Part shown: in pieces, positions 27,903-35,183 of the stretch | How the letters are laid out: every line of letters starts with the position of its first letter | How positions within the stretch are numbered: the first letter of the stretch is position 1 | Source: a virus | Lineage: Duplodnaviria; Caudoviricetes | Virus record (IMG/VR): IMGVR_UViG_3300028588_000056 | Location: 1-36,408 of that record | Strand: one strand, 5' to 3' | DNA: 36,408 bases | Translations under genes and position numbers: made by a program | Notes under the pieces: generated by a model | Database searches by the model: none | Told to the model about the DNA's origin: nothing | The model's input: the letters and a program-made list of their open reading frames with translations, nothing else

Positions 27903-28246
27903 TGCACGCTCCGGGGCTGCACGCGGTCACGATAGGCCGGCGCATGCGCCCACGGACGCGGGCTGCGGTGCAGCCAGTCGTGCGGCAACACCGCCCCGCC
28001 CGTCGCGATGGCAATCCGCTGCGCCGCGTCTTCTGCGGGCACGATCTCGCCCAGCACGACCCGCTCCAGCCTGTCCGCGCCAAGCCCGGAGAGGATCGCA
28101 ACGCGGTTGGCGGCCACCAGCAGATCGCGCTGCTCCAGCAGCCACCATATCAGGCGATGCGCGCCGGCCAGCGGTCTCTCCGTCTCACCGGCTTCAAGCA
28201 TGACGACGGCCAGCGGAGCTGGAACCATGGTCTGGTGCAGCATCAA
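27899..28246 (-). CDS. Cro/XRE-like HTH protein
   Basis: GEIVPAEDAAQRIAIATGGAVLPHDW resembles phage Cro-like C-termini. Confidence 0.7.
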   Translation of the reverse strand: MMLHQTMVPAPLAVVMLEAGETERPLAGAHRLIWWLLEQRDLLVAANRVAILSGLGADRLERVVLGEIVPAEDAAQRIAIATGGAVLPHDWLHRSPRPWAHAPAYRDRVQPRSVQ

Positions 28247-28710
28247 CGATCTCCCATGATTGTGGTGAGTTGCATCGCGAGGGCGGCCAGCACGGCCTGC
28301 GCCTCTTGAACCTGGACGAGTGCGGTGGCGGCTTCCTCGGCCGAGACGGAACCGTCCGCGAGCGCGCCGCAGATCGCAGTGGCGATGTCGCCATGCTCTT
28401 TGGCGAGGCGGCCAACCGAACCGAGCAGATCCTCACGCCCGACGCCGCCACGCGGCAGCGCCACGAAGGTGCCGCCCATCTGCTGGCACAGCCAGCGCGT
28501 GACGTGCGGCCACCCCTCGCGCTCGCGCGCCAGCGGCTCAAGATCGGCCACCACGTCGATGGGCAGCCAGCGGTCGCCGCAATTGATGTTCTGCGCGTCG
28601 CCGAGGACGCTCTTCCCGACCCGGCAGAACCCCGCGCCAGCCTCAAGCCCGCCGATGCCCTTGATCAGCTCCTGCGTGGCCAGCTTGCCGGCGATCTTCT
28701 CCGGCTTCAC
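28243..28710 (-). CDS. CII-like phage regulatory protein
   Basis: IGGLEAGA..., LPIDVVADLE, ALADGSVSAEE motifs; position downstream of cro. Confidence 0.7.
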   Translation of the reverse strand: MKPEKIAGKLATQELIKGIGGLEAGAGFCRVGKSVLGDAQNINCGDRWLPIDVVADLEPLAREREGWPHVTRWLCQQMGGTFVALPRGGVGREDLLGSVGRLAKEHGDIATAICGALADGSVSAEEAATALVQVQEAQAVLAALAMQLTTIMGDR

Positions 28711-28775
28711 TTCGAAAACTCCTGCGCTAAGACCAGTGGGAGAGCGCAGGGAGGAAAGACGTGGCCGTTATCAGC

Positions 28776-29114
28776 ATGAAGAACGCGATGGTGGGTTCGA
28801 ACGGTCGCAACGTCGTGCTGGCCGTTCCGGTCGACGGACGGACCCGCAACCTTCAGATCGAACCCACAGACGCGATCCAGATCGCCAATCAGATGGCTAC
28901 CGCTGCTGTTAAGCTCACGCCGGCCAAGGCGCCCGCGTCCATGGAAGCGCTGAGCCTTGCCCTCAAGCCGTACGGAACGGATGGGCTGGCCCATCTCGCC
29001 GTCGAAACGGAACATGGACCGTTCGTGCTGGCCCTCGACAACGCCACCCTGCGGGGTTTGGCTTCGGCTGCGCAGGCAGCTCTCGAGTTGGGCAAGCCAA
29101 GCGGCACGGCATAG
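28776..29114 (+). CDS. Hypothetical protein antisense to early operon (moron-like)
   Basis: Protein-like alpha/beta sequence; possible starts 28761 (GTG, after GGAGG) or 28776. Confidence 0.6.
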   Translation: MKNAMVGSNGRNVVLAVPVDGRTRNLQIEPTDAIQIANQMATAAVKLTPAKAPASMEALSLALKPYGTDGLAHLAVETEHGPFVLALDNATLRGLASAAQAALELGKPSGTA

Positions 29115-29167
29115 CGCCAAGCGCGCTACGTTACCCAGCTCGGTCGCGGGGAGGAACGCTACCGCGT

Positions 29168-29479
29168 TCATGCCGCCACCTGCGCCGCGGAAACTTCGTC
29201 CGCCTTTCCGCATGACCCTTGACCTGCATCAACGGTATCCCCGTCGACATGATCACCGGCACCACCTTGAGCGGGAGACAGTTCGGCATCCTTCACGCGC
29301 ATGAACTCGGCGAGCCGGTTCAGCATCTTGAGAGAAGGCGAGCGTCCGCTCCGAATGGAGGCCACCAAACCAGGCTCGTTGTTCACGGAGCGCCCGACGC
29401 CTGTCACGGCGAGGCCCGGATGACGGTCCAGAAAGCGGTCGATCTGCTCGACGATGTCGGCGTGCGAGGGAACATCCAT
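29168..29479 (-). CDS. Cro-like repressor
   Basis: Divergent from cI; LVASIRSGRSPSLKMLNRLAEFM HTH. Confidence 0.8.
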   Translation of the reverse strand: MDVPSHADIVEQIDRFLDRHPGLAVTGVGRSVNNEPGLVASIRSGRSPSLKMLNRLAEFMRVKDAELSPAQGGAGDHVDGDTVDAGQGSCGKADEVSAAQVAA

Positions 29480-29493
29480 GCCGCTTTAATGCC

Positions 29494-29577
29494 GTTCGAT
29501 ATATCGAACCGTCAAGCCCAGATGTTCGATAACTCAAAAATTGATCAGCACCCTTGCATGTTGGATATCTCGAACAT
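29494..29577. promoter_or_regulatory. Three repressor operators and divergent cI/cro promoters
   Basis: GTTCGATATATCGAAC (29494-29509, perfect palindrome), GTTCGATAACTCAAAA (29524-29539), GTTGGATATCTCGAAC (29560-29575); minus-strand TTGACG at 29510-29515; plus-strand TTGATC at 29541-29546. Confidence 0.85.
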
Positions 29578-30292
29578 GTCAGAACCAGCTACCGTCAGCG
29601 AAATGTACAGCGCTCTCGTGGCGGTGAAGCCGTCCGGGCTATCATTTAATGAGTGGGCGAACCGGGCGGGCGTAGGGCGATCAATCTTCGCCGACATTCG
29701 CAAGCATGGAAATCCGACCCAAGAGACGCTGCGCAAGCTGCTCGCCGCGATCGACATCACCCCGGAAGCGTTTAATCGCGGCAGCCACCGCGTCCTGACT
29801 GAAGTGGCGGGCACCGGCGTGGGCAGCATGCGGGAAGTGGTCGACCAGTTCTACGCGGAGAAGCCTGCCAAACGCCTCCCCGTCTACGGCTCGGCCCTCG
29901 GCGGAGAACATGGCGACCTCGATCACGACATTGAGTTGACCGAGCTTCACCTGTCGGAAGTTCACGACTGGCTGATGCGCCCTGCCAGCTTGGCGGGCGA
30001 TCCAGATGCATATGCCGTGACGATCGTGGGCGATTCAATGACCCCACGCTTCAAGCCTCGCGAACGCGTCGGCGTGAGCCCCAAAGCTCCCGTCTACATT
30101 GGCGACGACGTAATTGTGCAACTCAGGGGACTCGATGGCGAGGAAGAGCGGATCAAGCTGGTCTTGATCAAGGAACTCGTCAAACGAACCGCCAGCTATT
30201 ACGAACTGCGCCAGTACAACCCGGACATCACCTTTCGCGTGGAGAGCAAGCGCGTCGCTGCAATCCACAAGGTAGCTCAGAATTTCTTCTAG
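29576..30292 (+). CDS. CI-like repressor (HTH + S24 autopeptidase)
   Basis: N-terminal HTH; SALGG cleavage-like region; VGDSMTPRF catalytic Ser and LIKEL catalytic Lys; upstream extension in ORF track merely translates operators. Confidence 0.92.
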   Translation: MSEPATVSEMYSALVAVKPSGLSFNEWANRAGVGRSIFADIRKHGNPTQETLRKLLAAIDITPEAFNRGSHRVLTEVAGTGVGSMREVVDQFYAEKPAKRLPVYGSALGGEHGDLDHDIELTELHLSEVHDWLMRPASLAGDPDAYAVTIVGDSMTPRFKPRERVGVSPKAPVYIGDDVIVQLRGLDGEEERIKLVLIKELVKRTASYYELRQYNPDITFRVESKRVAAIHKVAQNFF

Positions 30293-30672
30293 CGGTCGCC
30301 CCGGGGTAAGAACGAAATTGCCTTGATGATCTGACCTACGCCCCACAAAACAACAGCCAGGCCGAACAGACCATTGCTCAGCAGGGCGATCAGGTACTTC
30401 GCCTTGTTCGGCTGAACATCGCTCCAGCTATACTCCCGCACCAGATCCGGCATCAAAGCACTGATGACCGAAAGCACCACAGCCAAGGCGCCGATAATGA
30501 CCGCTGCAGTGATGTGAGCAGAGCCGGTCGGACGGGGCTCGCGCCACGGAACGGCGTCCTCGGCAACCTCGATTGGTTCACCGTTCATCCCGTGGTTGCA
30601 CGCCGGGCACTGCTTCGCCGTCTTGTACACCTGCGAGTTGCAACGCTCGCACGTCACGTAATCACCAGCCAT
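30289..30672 (-). CDS. Zn-ribbon two-TM membrane protein in immunity region
   Basis: CERC...CPAC followed by two hydrophobic helices; convergent with cI. Confidence 0.8.
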   Translation of the reverse strand: MAGDYVTCERCNSQVYKTAKQCPACNHGMNGEPIEVAEDAVPWREPRPTGSAHITAAVIIGALAVVLSVISALMPDLVREYSWSDVQPNKAKYLIALLSNGLFGLAVVLWGVGQIIKAISFLPRGDR

Positions 30673-30710
30673 AGGCACCCCCTGCGCCGACTAAAGCACC
30701 GTCGTGCGCG

Positions 30711-30775
30711 ATTGATCAATGTCCGACATATCGAACATGTTGCTTGACTGTTCGATGTGTCGAACACTAAACGTG
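30711..30775. promoter_or_regulatory. Two repressor operators and promoter of rightward early operon
   Basis: GTCCGACATATCGAAC (30721-30736), GTTCGATGTGTCGAAC (30750-30765) lying in the spacer after -35 TTGACT (30744-30749); ATTGATCAAT palindrome at 30711-30720. Confidence 0.85.
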
Positions 30776-30798
30776 CTTCCGCAAACACGGAGGCACCA

Positions 30799-30990
30799 AT
30801 GGCCACGCACTTTCGCGACGCACGAACCCTTCACATCGAAGCCGACAAACGGAAGCCTTTCGCTGTCGCCTGGCAGCGAACGGCAACCAGCACCCACTTC
30901 CCCCTCCCCAGCCGGATCATGGTCGAGGCAGTCGCCTCTGGCGCCCTCATCGCCGCGATCTTCGTCACCGCCATGGCGGTGTCGGCATGA
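30799..30990 (+). CDS. Small protein with C-terminal TM helix
   Basis: GGAGG RBS; first gene after promoter; ATGA coupled to next gene. Confidence 0.7.
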   Translation: MATHFRDARTLHIEADKRKPFAVAWQRTATSTHFPLPSRIMVEAVASGALIAAIFVTAMAVSA

Positions 30991-31466
30991 GCAATCTCGG
31001 CTACGCGACGCTCGAGGAACTTCAGGCGTGGGCGCAAGGCATCATGGCCCGCCCGCGCGACTTCGCCATCGGCGATGACCCCGCTGCGCCGTACCTCAAC
31101 CGCTGGTGGGTGATCCCGCGCAACGAAGGCTGCAACGTCTACCTGCACGAGATTCTGCGCAGCGACGACGATCGCGCGCTGCACGATCACCCGTGGGCGA
31201 ACACGTCGATGATCCTCGACGGGCGCTACATCGAGCATCTGCCCGATGGATCATCACACCTGCGTGAAGCGGGCTGGATCGGCAGCCGCACGGCAGAGGA
31301 CGCGCATCGCCTCGAAATACTGCCGGGTGAACGCTGCGTCTCGCTCTTCCTCACAGGCTCCAAGGTCCGCGAGTGGGGCTTCCTGTGCCCGAAGGGCTGG
31401 AAGCACTGGCGCGACTTCACCGGCGGCGCGAACGGCGAGCTGATCGGTGAGGGGTGCGGGGAATGA
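30987..31466 (+). CDS. Cupin-fold (cysteine dioxygenase-like) phage protein
   Basis: YLHEILRSDDDRALHDHPW...GRYIEH...AHRLE...REWGF: HxH plus distal His. Confidence 0.75.
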   Translation: MSNLGYATLEELQAWAQGIMARPRDFAIGDDPAAPYLNRWWVIPRNEGCNVYLHEILRSDDDRALHDHPWANTSMILDGRYIEHLPDGSSHLREAGWIGSRTAEDAHRLEILPGERCVSLFLTGSKVREWGFLCPKGWKHWRDFTGGANGELIGEGCGE

Positions 31467-31816
31467 GCGAAGATTTCCTCACCCAGCTTCGCCGCGTGAA
31501 CGGCGAACGCTATGCGGCCTGGACCGGCGACGGCGTCGAAGACCCCCTGTTCTTGTCGAATGAGTTCGGCGGCGAGGCCGGCGAGGTGCAGAACGTCGTC
31601 AAGAAGCTCGTTCGCGAACAGCGTGGGTGGCGCGGCACCCGCGCGACCATCCAGCAGCTTGCCGACGAGATCGCCGACGGCATCATCTGCCTCGACAATC
31701 TCGCGCGCGGCTACGGGATCGACCTGGTCGAGGCAGTCACGCGCAAGTTCAACGAGACGAGCGACAAGAACGGCTTCACGCACAAGCTGACGAATAGTCA
31801 GGAGGGCGACCGCTGA
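31463..31816 (+). CDS. MazG-like nucleotide pyrophosphohydrolase
   Basis: GEAGEVQNVVKK and LADEIAD acidic motifs, IDLVEAVTRKFN. Confidence 0.88.
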   Translation: MSEDFLTQLRRVNGERYAAWTGDGVEDPLFLSNEFGGEAGEVQNVVKKLVREQRGWRGTRATIQQLADEIADGIICLDNLARGYGIDLVEAVTRKFNETSDKNGFTHKLTNSQEGDR

Positions 31817-34107
31817 TGCGCGCCCTCGTCATCGACAATTTCGCCGGAGGCGGTGGCGCCTCCACCGGAATCGAGTCCGCGATCGGCCGTGCCATCGACG
31901 TGGCTATCAACCATGATGCCGAAGCCGTTGCCATGCACCTGGCGAACCACCCGGATAGCCGCCACTTCTGCCAGTCGATCATGGCCATCGACCCGCTCGA
32001 CGCCACCGATGGCGCGCCCGTCGCGCTCGTCTGGTTCAGCCCTGACTGCAAGCACCACAGCAAGGCCAAGGGCGGCAAGCCGCGCGAGAAGAACATCCGG
32101 GATCTGGCGTGGATCGTGCCGCACTGGCCAGAGCGTCTGCTTGCCGCCACGCGTGGCGGAAGCGGTGCGCCCTCCGTCATCATGCTGGAGAATGTCGAGG
32201 AGTTCCGCCAGTGGGGGCCGCTCGACGACGACGGTATGCCGATCAAGGAACGCCGGGGCGAGGAATTCGACCTTTGGACCCGCCGCCTCAAGCGGCTCGG
32301 CTACAAGCTCGAATGGCGCGAGCTGCGCGCCTGCGACTATGGCGCGCCCACCAGCCGCAAGCGACTGTACCTGATCGCCCGACGCGACGGACGAAAGATC
32401 GTCTGGCCGACGCCGACCCACGGCAAGCCCGGCTCGGCCGAGGTGGAAAGCGGCAAGCTCCCGGCCTGGCGCGCCGCCGCCGAGTGCATCGACTGGAGCA
32501 TCGCCTGCCCGTCGATCTTCGACCGCAAGCGCCCGCTGAAGGAAGCCACGCACAAGCGCATCGCCGCCGGCGTCATGCGCTACGTCGTCAACGCCGCCAC
32601 GCCCTTCATCGTCACCAATTCCGGAGCGGCGAGTGTCGCCACCGACCAGTCGACCATGGCTGATGCGGAGCGGCGGAGTACCCCGGATAGCGCGAGCCCG
32701 TCATGGTCGACGGGCTCGCGCGACCTGCACGCCGGGCTTGTCCCGCTCACCCATCACGGCAGCTTCGCCCGCACCTATCCCCCCGCCGATCCGTTCGTCA
32801 CAATCACGGGCGCCCATCGCGGCGAGCTGGCGACCATCGGCGCCGCCGTCGTGCCGATCACTCACACCAGCGGCGGCAACGTCGCGCACGGTGTCGGCCA
32901 GCCGCTGCGCACCATCACCACCGCCAAGGGCGGCGAGCTTGCCGGCGTCACTGTCACGCTGGCCCCGCACATCACCAAGTTCCGCGGCGGTGCCATCGGC
33001 TCGGACATCGGTGGGCCGATGCCCACCATCACCGCCAACGGAAACCCTGCCCGCCCAGCCGGTGCCCAGCCGCTCGCCTATGCGCAGGCCGTGCTGGCGC
33101 CGCTCTTCGTCCGCACCGCCCATGGCGAGCAGGATCGCACCGGCAAGAAGCGCGGGCGCGGCAGCCACGCGGTCGGCGAGACGTTCCCCACCGTAACTGC
33201 CTCGCAGGACAGCGCGCTACTGGTTGCATCGCTGGCACCGGTGATCGTCGGCTGCGGCGGCCGACGCGGGCAGAGCGGCCCGGTCAACGTGCGCGGACCC
33301 TATCCGACCGCAACGGCGAAGGCCGACGCCTGCCTCGTCACAGCCGCCATGGTCCAGATGGGCTATGGCGAGCGCGAAGGTCAGGCGCCGCGCGCCCTCA
33401 ACCTCCAGGCGCCGCTCGGCACCATCGTGGCAGGAGGGGTCAAGCACGGGCTGGTCACGGCCTTCCTGTCGCACTTCTACACCTCGAACACGAACGGCGG
33501 ACAGGGCGATCCGCGCTACCCTGCCAAGACGATCACATCGGCAGGCCAGCACCACGCGGTGATCGCCGCGCACATGGAACAGGCCAATGCCGGCCCGCGC
33601 AACGAATACCTGGCCGGGCGATCCGTCGACCAGCCGACCAGCACCGTGACCGCCACCGGCAGCCAGCAACGGCTCGTGCAGACCACTATGGTCGACGCGG
33701 ATGCCCTGCCGCCCGCGATGTTGGACAAGGCGGTTCAGGTCGCAGCGTTCCTGATCAAATACTATGGCGCAACCGCCCACGGACAGTCGCTGGAGGAGCC
33801 GCTCCACGCGGTCACCAGCAAGGCGCGCTTCGCCGTCGTGACGGTTGCGATCGACGCCGTCACCTATGTGATCGTCGACATCGGCATGCGAATGCTCACC
33901 GCGCGCGAGCTGGCGAACGCGCAGGGCTTCCCGGCCGACTACATCCTCGATCCCATCGGCCCGAACGGCAAGCCGCTCAGCAAGAGCGCGCAGATTCGCA
34001 TGATCGGCAACAGCGTCTGCCCCGACGTGGCCGAAGCGCTGGTCCGAGCCAACCTGCCCGAACTCTGCACTGCCACCGACGACAACCAGGCGGAGATCGC
34101 GGCATGA
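31816..34107 (+). CDS. DNA (cytosine-5) methyltransferase with expanded repeat region
   Basis: Motif I DNFAGGGG, IV SPDC, VI ENV, VIII YGAPTSRKR, IX RELANAQGFP, X IGNSV. Confidence 0.95.
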   Translation: MRALVIDNFAGGGGASTGIESAIGRAIDVAINHDAEAVAMHLANHPDSRHFCQSIMAIDPLDATDGAPVALVWFSPDCKHHSKAKGGKPREKNIRDLAWIVPHWPERLLAATRGGSGAPSVIMLENVEEFRQWGPLDDDGMPIKERRGEEFDLWTRRLKRLGYKLEWRELRACDYGAPTSRKRLYLIARRDGRKIVWPTPTHGKPGSAEVESGKLPAWRAAAECIDWSIACPSIFDRKRPLKEATHKRIAAGVMRYVVNAATPFIVTNSGAASVATDQSTMADAERRSTPDSASPSWSTGSRDLHAGLVPLTHHGSFARTYPPADPFVTITGAHRGELATIGAAVVPITHTSGGNVAHGVGQPLRTITTAKGGELAGVTVTLAPHITKFRGGAIGSDIGGPMPTITANGNPARPAGAQPLAYAQAVLAPLFVRTAHGEQDRTGKKRGRGSHAVGETFPTVTASQDSALLVASLAPVIVGCGGRRGQSGPVNVRGPYPTATAKADACLVTAAMVQMGYGEREGQAPRALNLQAPLGTIVAGGVKHGLVTAFLSHFYTSNTNGGQGDPRYPAKTITSAGQHHAVIAAHMEQANAGPRNEYLAGRSVDQPTSTVTATGSQQRLVQTTMVDADALPPAMLDKAVQVAAFLIKYYGATAHGQSLEEPLHAVTSKARFAVVTVAIDAVTYVIVDIGMRMLTARELANAQGFPADYILDPIGPNGKPLSKSAQIRMIGNSVCPDVAEALVRANLPELCTATDDNQAEIAA

Positions 34108-34538
34108 CGGCGCACATCGCCCTCACCTGCCCGTCGTGCCAGACTGCCCAGCCGCGCCCGCTGCCGTATGACATGCGGGCGGCTGACAAGTGCGACCATT
34201 GCGGCGTGCCATTCGACCGCGGCCATCGGGGCAGTGACGAACAGCCATCACTAGCGCCCACGCAGCAGGCGCGCGACGCAGCGGCGAAGCTGTTCAGGCA
34301 CATGGGCGGGACCGCTACCGGCTCCGAGATGATCCGGCTCGGGGAAGCCGATAGCGCACCGGTCGCCCAGGCCTTCGCCGCCTTCTACGCAGAAACCGTC
34401 GAGCAATGCGCGAAGGCTGCGGAGGCATTCGAGGACCCCAGCCGCGATTGGCTGCGCCGCAGCGTCTGGGACGAGATCAAGCGCGACACCGCCGCCCGCA
34501 TCCGCAGGCTGCTGGTGCCGGGGCAGGCACGCCCGTGA
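34104..34538 (+). CDS. Hypothetical protein with N-terminal Zn finger
   Basis: ATGA coupled; CPSC...CDHC. Confidence 0.7.
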   Translation: MTAHIALTCPSCQTAQPRPLPYDMRAADKCDHCGVPFDRGHRGSDEQPSLAPTQQARDAAAKLFRHMGGTATGSEMIRLGEADSAPVAQAFAAFYAETVEQCAKAAEAFEDPSRDWLRRSVWDEIKRDTAARIRRLLVPGQARP

Positions 34539-34984
34539 CGCCGCCGCGCCTCTACAACGACTGGCGCGGTCTGGCGGCGACTGCTGCGCAGCTGCTCGCC
34601 CGCCGCAGGGAGGGCGACGCGAGGCGCGTCGAGGCCGGCGAGATCGCCCAGGCCGAAGCCGATGATCGCGCGCGGATCATGGGTGCGGTCGTGACCATCT
34701 GGCGCGCCGTGGTCGACGGAGCCGAGCTGCCCCAGCTGGGGGCGTATCACGCAGAGATCCGCGACGATCTGCTGACGCTCGCGTTCGACACCAGGCACCG
34801 GGCGGCCGCCCGCCCCGACGACGCCGCGCTTCAGCACCTCGCGGCCCACGCGGCCGCACTGAAGTGGATCCACCGCCCCTGCCTGCCGGGGCACGACATG
34901 CCGTGGATACTGCACGTCCACGCCGCCAACTTGGCGATGCGCTCCGCGAGTGCCACAGCCGAGCCGGAACGGAGAGCAGCATGA
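34535..34984 (+). CDS. Hypothetical protein
   Basis: GTGA coupled to upstream gene; helical Ala-rich. Confidence 0.7.
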   Translation: MTPPRLYNDWRGLAATAAQLLARRREGDARRVEAGEIAQAEADDRARIMGAVVTIWRAVVDGAELPQLGAYHAEIRDDLLTLAFDTRHRAAARPDDAALQHLAAHAAALKWIHRPCLPGHDMPWILHVHAANLAMRSASATAEPERRAA

Positions 34985-35003
34985 ACGCTGCGCACCCGGG
35001 AAC

Positions 35004-35183
35004 ATGACCGCAGCCGCCCGATTCAAACAGGACGATGTCGCCCGCGCCGTTCGCGGCGTGATGAAGGCCGGCATGCGCGTCGGACGCGTGGAGATTGACC
35101 CGAATGGGCGTATCGTCATCCTCGCCGAATCGAGCGCACCCGCCGACGCGCCGAACCCTTGGGACAAAGAACTGAACACATGA
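35004..35183 (+). CDS. Probable excisionase / recombination directionality factor
   Basis: 59 aa basic protein FKQDDVARAVRGVMKAG...VEIDPNGRIVI...NPWD directly coupled to integrase. Confidence 0.65.
   Translation: MTAAARFKQDDVARAVRGVMKAGMRVGRVEIDPNGRIVILAESSAPADAPNPWDKELNT

Noticed and set aside
29219-29575. N-terminal extension of cI with repeated FDISN peptides
   Set aside because: It is the translation of operator palindromes and overlaps cro
29494-30765. Operators as host LexA (SOS) boxes
   Set aside because: The alphaproteobacterial LexA box is the direct repeat GTTC-N7-GTTC; these are GTTC-N8-GAAC inverted repeats beside a phage repressor
32655-32700. Hammerhead ribozyme or SAM/SAH riboswitch in the MTase insert
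   Set aside because: CTGATG is followed by C rather than A and no GAAA core is present; no convincing match to known SAM/SAH aptamers by eye
32703-34103. N-terminal 467 aa of the 611-aa alternative-frame ORF overlapping the MTase
   Set aside because: Arg-rich off-frame translation; the real gene starts at the coupled ATG 34104
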